This document shows, piece after piece, positions 28,615-43,268 of a stretch of DNA of 64,000 bases. Position 1 is the stretch's first letter, and every line of letters starts with the position of its first letter. A program made the position numbers and the translations under genes. The notes under the pieces are model-generated. The model was not told the origin of the DNA, made no database searches, and saw nothing but the letters and a program-made list of their open reading frames with translations. This DNA is from Octopus vulgaris (lineage: Eukaryota), in assembly GCA_951406725.2 (NCBI GenBank), contig OX597832.1, positions 20,522,001 to 20,586,000 of the forward strand, given 5' to 3'.

Positions 28615-29180
28615 TGTAGGTGGTGATGTTGGTGTTGGTGTTGGTGATGGTGGTGATGGTGGTGGTGTTGGTGGTGGTGTGGTGGTGTTGGTGTTGGTGC
28701 TGGTGCTGGTGAGGGTGGTGGAGATGGTGATGGTTGTGGTGGTGGTGGTGGTGGTGGTGGTGGTGGTGGTGGTGGTGGTGGTGGTGGTGGTGGTGGTGGT
28801 GGTGGTGGTGGTGGTAGTGGTAGTGGTGGTGGTGGTGGTGGTGGTGGTGAAGTTGGTGGTGGTGGTGGTGGTGGTGGGTGGTAGTGGTGGTGGTGGTGGT
28901 AGTGGTGGTGGTGGTGGTGCTGCTGCTGCTGGTTATGGTGGTGATGGTGGTGGTGGTGTTGGTGGTGGTGGTGGTGGTGGTGATGGTGGTGGTGAGGGTT
29001 CTAATGACGGTAGTGGTTGCGGTGGCGATAGCTGTATTGGTAGACGATGATAGTGCTGGATATTTATGAGTGTGGTCGTGGAAGAGGTGGAGGTGGTGGA
29101 GTTGTTATTGGGGGGATGGCAACGGTGGAGGTGGTGATGGTTGTGGTGGTGGTGGTGGTGTGGTGGTGGTGGTGATGGTG
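28615..29180. repeat. (GGT)n tract
   Basis: Direct reading; also 40085-40300 and 44490-44555. Confidence 0.95.
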
Positions 29181-30041
29181 AAGGCTGTGGTTGTGGTCAT
29201 AGACGGCGGTCGTTTTGATGCTGGTTGTGGGGCTGTCGGAGCTGGTGTTAGACGTTTTTGCAGTGGTGTGGTGTGGTGCTGGTGGTAGAAGATGGCGCTA
29301 GTAGTGATGATGGCGGTGGTGGTCGTGGTCGTGGTAGTAGTAGTATTAGTGATGGCAGTGTTGGTCGTGGTCTCGTTGGCGGTGGTGTGTGGTTCGTGGT
29401 TGTATTTCTGATTGGTTTTTGTGGCTCAGAAGATAAGACACATTACACACGCTTTTCAAGCAAGCAAAGAAAACACAATCTACAAAAACAACAACAAAAA
29501 ATAATACTAATAAATAAATAAATAGATATATAAAGGAAAGCTGTGTTGCCATTATCGCTGTCATGTCGTCATCACTTTCGTCTTAACCTCCGCCAACGTC
29601 TACACCGTCATCTCTCACGTCATCTTCGCTGTTTTCTTCTTCGCTATGCAACTGTCGATTTCGTCTTAGCTGACGTCTTCAACGATCTCGTCATCGCTAT
29701 AATCGTCATCCTTATATCGTCGTCGTTGTCGTCGTCGTCGTTGTCGTCATCGTCATCATCATCATCATCATCATCAACAATTTCCCACTTCCTTCTCCTT
29801 AACACCTTCAATATCATCAGCAGCAGCAGCACCTATAGTATTCTCATCAATATCATCATCGTCATCGTCGTCGTCAACATCGTTGTCGTCGTCGTCATCA
29901 TAACATTATCATCATCATCATCATCATTATCATCAACATCATAACATCATCATCATCATCGCCATCATCATCATCGCCATCATCATCATCGCCATCATCA
30001 TCATCGCCATCATCATCATCGCCATCATCATCATCGCCATT

Positions 30042-30077
<36 letters not shown>

Positions 30078-30326
30078 GCCATCATCATCATCGCCATCAT
30101 CATCATCGCCATTATCATCATCAACATCATAACATCATCATCATCATCGCCATCATCATCATCGCCATCATCATCATCGCCATTATCATCATCAACATCA
30201 TAACATCATCATCATCATCGCCATCATCATCATCGCCATCATCATCATCGCCATTATCATCATCAACATCATAACATCATCATCATCATCGCCATCATCA
30301 TCATCGCCATCATCATCATCGCCATT

Positions 30327-30366
<40 letters not shown>

Positions 30367-30711
30367 CCATCATCATAGCGTCATAAGCAATTTATAACTC
30401 ACTTTGGAGTTCGGCTGATTCAAGTGAGGTCGACTATGTTGCAAGCATTTGGGCCGGGTCTCCGATTGAGGACATCTCTCTTCTTTTCCACCCATCTCAA
30501 TGGTTCTGTAAAGAGTTATTGGTACTGTGTTTACCTCCTGATTAAATTATCTAAAATCCAGTATTTGTTATGTCTGGCAAATGTATGGCAAATAATTTCT
30601 GAATACTTTGTAGAGAAGGAATTCTGGATGGTGGTGACTGCCGATGGTACAAGGATTCGCTCCAAGCTCCCTTTAAAGACCCGAATACTACGTTCATTAT
30701 CTCAACTTTTT

Positions 30712-31115
30712 TATCTTGCACTTGTTTTAGTTATTCGCCCGCGGTCAAGCTGGAGCACCGCCTTAAAGATTTTTTAGTCATATGTATTGAACCTAGTACT
30801 TATATTTTTTCATACCAGGTACTTATTCCGTCGGTCTGTTTTGCCGAAGTGCTAAGTTACGAAGACGGAAACACGCCAGCACTGGTTGCCTAGTAATGGT
30901 AAGGAATTAACACAGACATAATGTCACACACGCGCGCATACATTCACATATAAATATATAAATATACGGCATTCTTTCAATAATTCCCGTCCACCAAATC
31001 CACTTAAACTGCTTTTGTGGTCCCGAGGTATATTAGAAAACACATGCCCAAGGAACCGCCCAGTGGGACTGAACCTGGAGCCATATGCTTAGGAAACGAG
31101 CTTATTACCACACAT
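30712..31115 (-). mobile_element. Diverged SINE family A copy
   Basis: ctggagcaccgcctt...ttgccgaa.tgctaagttacg...cagtgggactgaacc. Confidence 0.75.
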
Positions 31116-32889
31116 TCACGCTTGAAGGACGTGATAGACTTTTCATTAGTTACTTGTATGGACATTCAAATGTTCAATCTTGCAGATTTACTATTTTTTA
31201 AATAATTATTCTATAAACAGGTGTGTATTCCAATGACACGTCTACCTTCAACATAATTCTTGATCCTGTTCAACCGTGACATAACAAGAGATAAAGCTAG
31301 ACATTTCAATTTGGAATGCGAGATACCCAGCTGGAGTCTTCAGTGTTTCTGTCCTCTTGAGGCTAATGTAAATGTTATTTTTGCAAAATGCCGAGCAGCA
31401 GGATCGAACACAGATCCTCATGACTGCAAAGCAAACTTCTAAACCAGTCGCCCATGTCATAGAAAAGTATTGCTACTGAGATATCTGGATCTTTTCCCTT
31501 TGAACGGCAGATCGAGCAATTCATTTTTTGTGACTAAACACTTTCAAATTTCAGACACTGGTAGAATATGTCACATAAAAAATCTTTTACTCTTAGTGTT
31601 GTTGAGAAAAGTTCGTATTTTCAAAGTTATTTTGGGCTAAAATAGTCGTATTTCGGTAATTTCAACCAATCAATGACGTGCTGTGGTTTGTCAGCAACAA
31701 CTTCCGGCGCTGTATATTTCGGTTTGTTACTGTTATTTATGACATCGTTCGTGCGTTTGTACTGGTTTGTACTTTAGGTGAAGTCGAATAACAGCAAATC
31801 CCAAAGTATCTGTCCATAGCAAAAAGCTGACAGGTTGGAAGTGAGAGCAAAGATAGCACAGAGTTGCTCATGTATTATCATTCAAGGGAGATTTGGAATA
31901 TTCACCGAGGACGTCAATATTGTCGTATATATTAAGGCGGCGAGCTGGCAGAATCGTTAGCACAGCGGATAATATTATTTCAGCGTTTCGTTCACTTACG
32001 TTCTGTGTTCAAATACCGCCTAGGTCGACTTCATCTTTTCACCCGTTCGATTTCGATAAAACAAATGCTACTGGAACACTGGGGTCGATGTAATCAACTT
32101 GCCCCGAAAATTGCTGGCCTTGTGCCAAAAATTGAAATAAATTTTACCATATTTATTGACGGACAAAGAAAGTACCATGCCTACAAATACGGTGGGGTCG
32201 GCAGGGTTGGATCGTATTTTTTAGCAAATCCACTTAAGTAGATTTAACTTGGGGTTAAGCATTAACAACAAACGCATAAAACCTTAGAAGGAGAACCTTT
32301 ACAAAAGATTTCTTGTTTCTATTGTTTAGCTAAGAATTCTGTTCCGTATAAGTTTGAACTAAAAACCATTCTATATACAACCATCGCGCATTTTCCGTTG
32401 TAGTAAATCTTGGATTAAGCGATTGAAATATGCCAAAAATTAACAAATGAAAAATAAAAAATAAAGAAAATACGGCAGTTGAATTTTGAAAGAAATGAAG
32501 ATGATGCATACAGAAAATAGCGCGACCCTTTTAGATGTTTATGTTGCTTTTGTTTAACCCCAGGTTACGTTGGTGATGTTTTCGTTTCGCCCCAGGTTAC
32601 GCACAGCAACAAAGTCTTCTTTTCTATTCTGGGCATAAGGCCCGACATTTTTGGGGAAGGGACCAGTCGAGTAGATCGACGCCAGTACACAGCTGATACT
32701 TAATTTATCGACCCCGAAATACTGGTAAGCATGGGTGACTGCTGACCATCCATAGACAACCTTGCCTGGAATTGTGCCTCGGAGGGAAACTTTTTGGTGC
32801 AGCAATCCCCTGATCATTTATGGGCTTTTATTGTCTTCACACTAACCTTTACATAGCAATACACTTATACGCACGCTCGTGCACATACA

Positions 32890-32945
<56 letters not shown>

Positions 32946-33009
32946 TACATATATATATATTATAAATTATATATAGTGTGCAATTTACTCATTCGACTAG
33001 TAGTTATAC

Positions 33010-33393
33010 ACGTGGCACTCCGTCGGTTTCGACGACGAGGGTTCCAGTTGGTCCAATTGACGGAACAGCCTACACGTGAAATTAACGTGCAAGTGGCTGA
33101 GTACTCCACAGCCACGTGTACCATTAACGTAGTTCTCAGGGAGATTCAGCGTGACACAGATTGCGACAAGGCTGGTCCTTTGAAATACAGGTACAACAGA
33201 AACAAGAAGAAAGATTGAGAGAAAGCTGTGGTGAAAGAATACAGGAGGGTTCGCCACTAACCCCTGCCGGAGCCTCGTGGAGATTTAGGTGTTTTCGCTC
33301 AATAAACACTCACAACACCCGGTCTGGGGATCGAAACCTCGATCCTACGGCCGCGAGTTCGCTGCCCTAACCATTGGGTCATTACACCTCCAC
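33010..33393 (-). mobile_element. tRNA-derived SINE with 14-bp target-site duplication
   Basis: Minus-strand head with A/B-box-like TGACCCAATGG / GGTTTCGATCCC; exact direct repeat ACTAGTAGTTATAC at 32996-33009 and 33394-33407. Confidence 0.85.
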
Positions 33394-33791
33394 ACTAGTA
33401 GTTATACTTATCAAACGTATCATATTACAGCGTAAAATGCGATATATAGACATGTAGGAAATGAGAAAGAGAGAAACACAGAGAAATGGAAGTGGAGAAA
33501 GAAAGAATGATAGAAACAAGTAGGTGAAGTGGATGGTGGGGGGGTGGTCGATACTAAATATGGATAAGAGATTGAATCTTGTGATGAAAGCCCTAAAATA
33601 TATTTAAATTGCTGCACTCCATATTCTTAAATTTTAACTTATCTCATATCCAGGTAGATATTATCTGTAAACTTTGCAAATATTTTCAATAAATACTTCC
33701 AGCAAAATATTTCAATGATCCATACTCCCTAAGAGTTCACTTTAAATCGTCACTGCATTTACAGTAATTCCTGCCATCAAACGTAATTGTC

Positions 33792-34028
33792 ATGGCTGGC
33801 CCTGGAGTATACTCATGTAATAAGGATTACAACACCAGAGCAGAAGAAGAAGGAGAATGTGAAGGAATTTGTATGATGAAAGGACGATACTTGAGCAGAA
33901 GAGAACTTGTTGAACTCCTTCGAGATTTAACTGCAATTGAAGAAAGGTGTAAACGGAATTTAAAAGAGAAATCTGTTTCTAATGCACTACAAGTGATCCC
34001 AGAAATCCAACATACAACGATTCCATAA
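33792..34028 (+). CDS. Short non-repetitive ORF (78 aa), unassigned; possible small gene, retrocopy or TE fragment
   Basis: MAGPGVYSCNKDYNTRAEEEGECEGICMMKGRYLSRRELVELLRDLTAIEERCKRNLKEK...; gtcATGG context, protein-like composition, upstream tttacag acceptor-like site. No family recognised. Confidence 0.22.
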   Translation: MAGPGVYSCNKDYNTRAEEEGECEGICMMKGRYLSRRELVELLRDLTAIEERCKRNLKEKSVSNALQVIPEIQHTTIP

Positions 34029-34076
34029 GCATAAAAGCGTGAAAGCACCACTTCTTCTTCTTCTTATTATTATTAA

Positions 34077-34267
<191 letters not shown>

Positions 34268-34608
34268 TTTTCCCTCTCTCTTTCTCTCACTCTCACTTCC
34301 AGCGTATCTGCCTATCTTTATACACACACAGATAGATAGAGATACGTTCATACATACATACATACATACATACATACATACATACATACATACATAAATA
34401 CATACATACATACATACATACATACATACATACATACCTACATACATACATGCATACATGCATACATGCATACATAGACAACAGACTGACAGATCGATCG
34501 ATCGACAGACAGATAGATAGATAGACAGACCGATAGAACGAGAGAGAGAGAGAGGTAGAAAGATAAATACATAGAAAATAGATAGACAGATAGGAAGATA
34601 TGTAGATC

Positions 34609-34686
<78 letters not shown>

Positions 34687-34719
34687 CAAATAGATAGACA
34701 GATAGATAGGTATATCTAC

Positions 34720-34917
34720 AAGAAATTTTGTCAGTGAACAGGTCGCGGTCTCAAAGCGACGAAAATATTTTGGCAAATTAGATTTAAATGTTGAAGTGAA
34801 TCTAACGGTTCTTGTGTTTTTCTTAAATGGCTTATGAACACCTTCCAAGCTGCAATTGGTTTCGTTCTAGCACACGATCTCTGATCAGGTCATTTGCTAT
34901 GCAAGTCCATCTCCGTA

Positions 34918-34918
<1 letters not shown>
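34720..34918 (+). mobile_element. Family P1 Penelope-like short element
   Basis: About 200-bp unit between (GATA)n and (CA)n/(TA)n; shares hammerhead and 3' tail with the 3421 and 17000 copies. Confidence 0.62.
34727..34777 (+). ncRNA. Minimal type-I hammerhead ribozyme motif, variant G3-C8 core (second copy)
   Basis: TTTGTCA-GTGAACA-G-GTCGC-ggtctcaaa-GCGAC-GAAA-ATAT-TT-TGGCAAA; stem I kept with one G-U; stem II loop differs from the 3503 copy while the stems are conserved. Confidence 0.68.
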
Positions 34919-34982
<64 letters not shown>

Positions 34983-34984
<2 letters not shown>

Positions 34985-35100
34985 ACGGGCTTCTTTCAGT
35001 TTCCGTCTACCAAATCCACTCACAAGGCTTCGGTCGGCCCGAAGCTCTGGTAAGAGGCATTTGCCCAAGTTGTGAGCAGTGGGACTAAACCCGGAACCAT
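34983..35100 (-). mobile_element. SINE family A fragment
   Basis: gacgggcttctttcagtttccgtctaccaaatccactcacaaggc. Further fragments at 7838-7955(+), 50625-50760(-) and 60905-61012(+). Confidence 0.8.
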
Positions 35101-35109
35101 AATTATACA

Positions 35110-35538
<429 letters not shown>

Positions 35539-36438
35539 TTATTAATAGTCTCTGACTATTTCCTTTTTCTCACTAGACCGCTGGTGGCAAAATAATTTCT
35601 ACTGAATTTTTTGCTACCCTAATATTGATTATATATATATTTATATATATATGTATGTATGTATGTACGCTAGTATATGGAAAAAATATACTCGAATACG
35701 AAAAGTGGTGTCTGTATTTTATCGAAGCTGAAAAAAAACACTGTTTCACGTAAGCGACAGTCGCGAATACTATCTCACGACAATCTGAATGTCGGTTACT
35801 TGAAATATTTAGAAAAAAATCTCTGACGAGCATATTGTCTATGTGTGTGTTTATGCATATATACATAGAAAAAATAGAGGTTAGAAATGCACTGAGAATA
35901 GTTAGAATATATTCTATTTGAAGTTTTAACCGGTTTCACAATTTACACTGATTTTCAAAAATTTGAAATAGAAAGAGGTGGCTTATGTCGCTGCTATTTT
36001 GCTTCTGACTCCCTATTTTAATAGGGAGTTCATGGCTCAAATTAATATGTTTTGAATAGGGTTTGATTGGTAGAGGATAGTCAAATGATTGGTCTTAGAA
36101 ACTCATGTAGGTTCCCCGCTACGTCCGTGACTTAGTCTCAAGTGACAACGTTTAGCGTCGTAAGTTAAGGCTGACACGGTTGACTGCACAAGTCTATGGT
36201 AGTACTAAACAATGAATGCTCTCTAATGTTGTCTGTCACGTGTTTGTAGAGAATGAACACGTGATTAAATGTAGAACCTATACGTTTCACGCTACGCCCG
36301 TATATTAGTGTCACGTGGCAGGAAATTTTGCGCCTAAATACATACGTATGTATGTATTTATACAATTCTCTTTTACTACAATGTAACACAGAATCACCAT
36401 ATAAGGGAAATTCGTTAGTTGATTGGTACTTAGTTTCC

Positions 36439-36670
36439 TATTTCTTTATTGCCCACAAAGGGCTAAATACAGAGAGGCTACAAACAAGGACCCCCCAAAG
36501 GGATTAAGTGGATTACATCTACCCCAGTGCGTAACTGGTGATTAATTTATCGACCCCGAAAAGAATGAAAGGCAAAGTCGACTTAGGCGGAATTTTGAAC
36601 CAAGAACGTAACGGCAGACGAAATATCGCTAAGCATTTCGCCCGCCGTGCTAACGTTTCCGCTAGCTCGG
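36439..36670 (-). mobile_element. SINE family B
   Basis: Homology to 37155-37387. Confidence 0.85.
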
Positions 36671-37154
36671 AACCTTACTTAGTACTTGGTACTTAGTTTC
36701 CGTTCGCTCAAATAGGACAGGATTGTATAATATAAGTTCATTCCAGGATAATTTGATACTTTGAAGGTACCTACGTGAAGATGTTTCGTAAGGTGTTCAG
36801 CTTTTTCTGTGTATCCAAGACATTCTAGCATTGATTTTACTTAAAAGTAAATGACCTCCATATAGTGCAGTATTTCTGTTCAGATGTCCATACTGGGATC
36901 CACGCAAACAAAACAGGAAATTGGGAATCCACTGCAGTGCATTAAGAGACCATGAAGACATTTTGTTTTACCTGTATTTATTGCAAGAAACAGCTAAATG
37001 TCTTTGTCTGACGTTTTCAATAGTTCATCCTGCACAAGGTAATGTGAAGAATAATAGGAATATTTTAAGAAGTATCTCTAAAACATCAAATGTCTGTGGG
37101 GCCGTCCAGAATAAAATAGTATTCAAAGGGGTTCATAGATACTAAAAATATATA

Positions 37155-37387
37155 TTTCTTTACTACCCACAAGGGGCTAAACACAGAGGAGACAAACAAG
37201 GACAGACAAACGGATGAAGTCGATTACATCGACCCCAGTGCGTAACTGGTACTTTAATTTATCGACCACGGAAGGATGAAAGGCAAAGTCGACCTCGGCG
37301 GAATTTGTACTCGGAACGTAACGGCAGACGAAATACGGCAACGCATTTCGCCCGGCGTGCTAACGTTTCTGCCAGCTCACCGCCTTT
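37155..37387 (-). mobile_element. SINE family B, full length
   Basis: Reverse complement of the 15324 unit; a second copy lies at 36439-36670(-). Confidence 0.88.
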
Positions 37388-37656
37388 AAAATATATATAC
37401 TAAAAATATATGTTTGGGAGCCATTGATTTGGACGACGAGGGAACAAACATGGTCAGTTGTTTATTTGACTAAAAACATAAATGATGAAATGCGATAGTT
37501 ACCTTGGCGGAAATTGAACTCTGTTCGTAGGAGCTTGCTACTAAATATTGTAAGATTTTTTTCTGGTGCCGTAAACGGTTCTATCAATCCTTCCGATCCT
37601 AATGCACTATGGTTTCAGCTTCACTAAAGTTTAGGACAAACACACATAATAGTAGG

Positions 37657-37740
<84 letters not shown>

Positions 37741-37842
37741 AATTCAAACAAACGACAATGAACATGAAAAAAAGAACAACAACGCGAGGACGTGGTACAA
37801 ATGATGTATTTATCAGGCGCTCAGGAAAGGAAAGAAAGAGGA

Positions 37843-37875
37843 TTTAACATTTCGACCAAAGTTCTTCTTCAGAAA
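37843..37875 (-). ncRNA. Degenerate minimal hammerhead motif
   Basis: Minus strand: TTT-CTGAAGA-A-GAAC-ttt-GGTC-GAAA-TG-TT-AAA. Confidence 0.4.
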
Positions 37876-37911
37876 AAGAGGAAACTCCAAAAGAAATATC
37901 TATATATATAT

Positions 37912-37959
<48 letters not shown>

Positions 37960-38589
37960 ACACAGAACGTAAATGACAAAGAAAGAGAGAGAGAGAGAAA
38001 GAGAAGGAATGAATGGTGCTGAGTGAGGAGGTGCGACGGAAGGTATGAAAAGTAGAAAATCCAGAAGAAATGATGCTCAATTTTTGTAGATTTTAAAATC
38101 TTAAAAATGAATATTGTATCGAAAATATTGCAAATCAATTATATACGTGTATATACGTGGTTGTATGTGTGCATGCATATGATGTGGAACTGTTCGTGAG
38201 AATACAGGCATTCGCACTCACATACACACATGCATACATATGTATGCATATATGTATGTATTGACATCAAGGTGTTCACGCATACACATAAATACACATT
38301 CAAAGCTAAGTGGGAATACACACACTTACATTACACAGCATATATATAATTGCTTGTGTGTGTGCTCTTGTCTCCTTTGAGTGAAAGGGAGAGTTAAAAA
38401 GATGCAGAAGTGGACAGAGAGAGAGATGGAGAGAAAGGTGAGAGAGTGTAAGAGCAGGGCAAAAAGAGAGAGTGATCAAAATGTATGAAACACAGAAGTG
38501 AAAGAGATAGATAGATAAAGTGTGAGAGAGAAAGTGAGAGTGTGTGTGTGAGAGAGAGAAAGAGATAGAGAACAAGAGAGAGACATATA

Positions 38590-38655
38590 TAGATAGATAC
38601 ATAGAGTGAATGGTTGATTGATAGATTGATTGATAGATCGATTGATAGATCGATT

Positions 38656-38737
<82 letters not shown>

Positions 38738-38762
38738 GAGATAGATAGATAGATAGATAGAG

Positions 38763-38851
<89 letters not shown>

Positions 38852-39047
38852 AACAAAGTGAATGAAAGACTGATTGAGTGATTGATTGATAGATTGATAG
38901 ATAGATTGATCAATAGATTGGTCGATTGATTGATTGATTGAATGATAGATTGGAAGATAGATAGATAAATACCTATATGTGACGATAAATAAATAGGTAG
39001 GTAGAGAGAGAGAGAGAGAGATTGCTTGATTTATTGATTGACTAAGT

Positions 39048-39142
<95 letters not shown>

Positions 39143-39280
39143 GGATGGATGGATTGATGGATTGATGGATAGATAGATAGACAGTAAGTCAGCCGGAGAG
39201 ACAGAGAGACAGACAAACAGTGTGATAGATAGATAGATAAATAGATAGATAGCTAGCAAGATAGATAGATAGATAGATAG
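38590..39280. repeat. (GATA)n tracts
   Basis: Direct reading; also 5660-5740, 13990-14120, 20220-20290 and 34608-34710. Confidence 0.95.
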
Positions 39281-41294
39281 ACACCGAGAGGGAATGAGAG
39301 AGAGAGATTGAGAAAGAAAGAAGGATACGCTTTGTTTAGGAAATGGCGATGAGCAGTGGTGGTGGCGTGCGGCGGCGGTAGCGGCAGTGGTGGTGGTAGT
39401 GGTGGCGTTCGGCGGCGCCGGCGCCGGTAGTGGTGGTGATGGTGGTGATTGTGGTGAAGGTGGTGGTGAAGGTGGTGGTGGTAGCCAAGTGGGTGATTGT
39501 ATCCCTTGTAGTAATGATGATGCTTGTGTTGTTGCTGTGTTTGCTGTTGTTGTTGTTGGTGGTGGTGGTGGTGTTGGTGGTGGCGGTGGTGATTGTGGTG
39601 TTTTGGGAAAGGAATTGATGCGTGGAAAATGTTCATTCGCCTTGGGGCAAGGGGGACATAACACATTTAGGATCCATTGAAATGCTAGGGAGACACGATA
39701 GACCGTGTGTGCACGTATGCGCAGTGCGCGTATGGGAGTTTGTGAGTGTGCGTGAGCATGCGCGTGTAATTGCGTGTGGAAACGGATACCCACAAGGCAA
39801 TGTGTGTGTGTGCGCGTGCGTGTGTGTGTGTGTATACATGTATTTCTGTACGCGTGTGTACGTGTGTGTATGTATGGATATGTATACGTGTGTGTGTGTG
39901 TGCGTGTGTGTGTATGTGTGCGTGTATGTGTGCGTGTATGTGTGCGTGTATGTGTGGAGTGTGTGTGCGCTTATGTTTTCATGTATTTGCAGGCGTGTAA
40001 ATTGAGTGGTGTGCGTTCGGCTGGTCGGTTGGTGTTGATGTTGTTGTTGTTGTTGGTGTTGGTGGTGTTGGTGGTGATGGTGGGTGTGTGGTGGTGGTGG
40101 TGGTGGTGGTGGTGGTGGTGGTGGTAGTGGTGGTGGTGGTGGTGGTGGTGGTGGTTGTGGTGGTGCTGATGCTTGTGGTGGTTGTGGTGATGGTGATGGT
40201 GGTGGTGGTGGTGGTGGTTGTGGTAGTGGTAGTGGTTATGGTGGTTGTGGTGATGGTGATAGTGGTGGTGGTGGTGGTGGTGGTGGTGGTGGTGGTGGTG
40301 AAGAGGGGGTGGGCAGGTAGGTGCTTGATGGATTGGTTTGTGGAAGGGTAGCTGGTCTGTCGGTTGGTTGGCTTGTTGGACGGTTAGGTGGTCGGTAGAG
40401 GGGGGTGGTTGATGGCAAGTATTGAACCTTTGTTTAATGATGTGACTCTTATCTTGGCTCTGACGCTGCTCCAAGTTCAACAGGGGTCGGCATATCGATG
40501 CGGGGCAGGCGCTGACACGCTGACAAGTCTTGGATTCGGTTCCAGCGAAACAAAACAAAAGGAGAAAAAGGAAAAAGGAAAACAAAAGAAAAAGCGAAGA
40601 AAAAAAAGGAAAATGGAGTTGATGGAAGACGAGAGAAAGGGAGAGGGGGGAGGTATGAAACGTACAAAAGAGGAAAGCGAACGAGAAACAGAGAGAGAGA
40701 GAGTGTGTGTGTGTGTGTGTGTGTGAAAGAAAGAGATTAATAGAAAGGAGAAGGAAAAAGAAGGGGAATGAGGAGGCGGAGGCGCGAAAAAGGAAAGATG
40801 AAGAAAAAGGAAAGCGGGGAGAAACAGAAAGGAAAGAAGAAGGAAAGCGGGGAGAAACAGAAAGGAAAGAAGAAGGAAAGAAGAAGAAGAAGAAGAAGAA
40901 GAAGAAGAAGAAGAAGAAGAAGAAGAAAAAGAAGAAAAAGAAGAAGAAGACGAGGAGGAGGAGAAGGAGGGGGAGAATAAAGTAGAAGAACAACAACAAC
41001 CAGAAACAAAGCGATAAAAAGGCGGTAGATTATGGAGGAGTCGAAGAAGACTAGGATGTATTTATAGAGGGGGAGGTAAAGAGTAATACATTATGGCAAA
41101 TGACAGAGATAGAGGGGGGAGTGAGAGAGAGGAAAGAGAGAGGGAGAGAGAATAAGAGAGAGAAGGAGAGAGGGAGAGAGCAAGCAGACAGATACCGATA
41201 TAGAATAAGAATGAGATATAGAGACGATGTAGGAATAGAGTCCAGTTGAAGATGGAAACTTGTGCAGGTACATACAAATACGTATTTGTGTGTG

Positions 41295-41336
<42 letters not shown>

Positions 41337-41597
41337 AGTATGTATGTATGTGTATGTATGTATGTATGTATGTATGTATGTATATGTATATATATATATA
41401 TATGTATGTATGCTAGTATATATGTATTCATATATATTTATGTAAGCATGTATATATGTGTGTATGCATGGATGCATGTGTGTATGTGTGTATTTATGAA
41501 TGTATACATGTATATGAATGTAAATATGTATGTGTGTGCCCGTATATATATATATATATATATATGAGTGTAAGTATATATATTTATATAAAGAGAA

Positions 41598-41633
<36 letters not shown>

Positions 41634-42898
41634 GTTTATGAATGCATACACACATATATACATACATATATACATACATACATACATACATACATACATA
41701 CATACATACATACTGTAATTATAGTTAGGAAGTAAACAAGGTTAGCATTTGATCCAATATAGTAATGACTCCGGATTGCTGTTATTTAACCCTGCGTCAA
41801 ATCTGACCGTATTTCTGTTCGTGTTTTCTTTTGTGCTTACTTACGGTTATGATATTTAAAAAAATCGCGCTTCGTGTTTAATCCTGTAACTTTCAGGTGT
41901 ATGGGACAATACACAAACACACACACACATAATATGATAGGTAATAGAGATGGAATAAGTTATATATAGACGTTAAAAGGTGTGACGACTTGAAAAGAGA
42001 CGGCATGATTCCAAAATTGAAGCAAAACAGATGAAAATGCATAAAAATAATTGCACGACAAACAAAATAAATAAATTGAAAATATAGTTAAAATACATAA
42101 TACCCTCTTACTGCTTTCAGCTCGTGGGGTATGACCAAGCTGGGGCAAACTTACTTAACTCAGGATTTGTGATAGAACAATAGAGATTTTAGTTGACGAG
42201 CGTGCTTTTTTAGTTACCGTAATTGTTAATTTCCGTGGTAAATTGTACATGGTTGAGGACGCTTGGTCTAGTATTCAAGGCCTCGCTATCACGATTGCAA
42301 GATGGTAGTCTGTATTCTTGGACCGGCCATGCAATGCATTATGTTCTTGAACAAATCATTTCCTTTTACGATCTTACAATCCATCAACACAGCAATTTCT
42401 AAATAACGCAGATGCGGTAGAAACGGCCGTAGAAACGGGATAAGCATCTCCAAGAGTCTTCAAAAGTCGAGACGACATACTCATTTAATATTGTAAACCA
42501 TAGACTGTGCTAGGCAATTTATTCCTTGGGTTGGTTAAGTGTAAACTGAGGGAAAGGACTCAGCTGCTATTTCTAAATGGTCGAGCAATCAGCAACAAAT
42601 TTCTACATCTAGTGCAATTAATATAGTAAATAGTGATAGATGACTCATATTTATTTTATCGAAATATGAAAATTGAAAAACATTAAGAAAAATAAGGTTA
42701 TAATTTAACGCGCTCATTGCTGGTGAGTGTGTTAAATAGGAAGGCACAAAAAGAAAATGACTCGCCCTAGACACAACAAAATATGCTTCAACACACGAAC
42801 TCACATAAAGAATCTTGGAAATCAAATTCCCAAACCAAATAACACACACACACACACACACAATATATATATATATAGATAGATAGATAGATAGATAG

Positions 42899-42933
<35 letters not shown>

Positions 42934-43108
42934 TAGATAGATAGATAGATAGATATAGATTTAGACAGACACATATGTATATGTAAATATATATATATTT
43001 ATATATACATATATATATACATATATATACATATATATACGTACATACATATATATATGTGTTGTGTGTGTGTGTATGTATGTATATATATATGCATATA
43101 TATACATG

Positions 43109-43141
<33 letters not shown>

Positions 43142-43166
43142 GTATATATGTATATATGTATATATG

Positions 43167-43268
<102 letters not shown>

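Noticed and set aside
29900-30375. Regularly spaced units (15-bp and about 69-bp periods) resembling an array
   Set aside because: Higher-order (CAT)n slippage with no unique spacers; not CRISPR-like.
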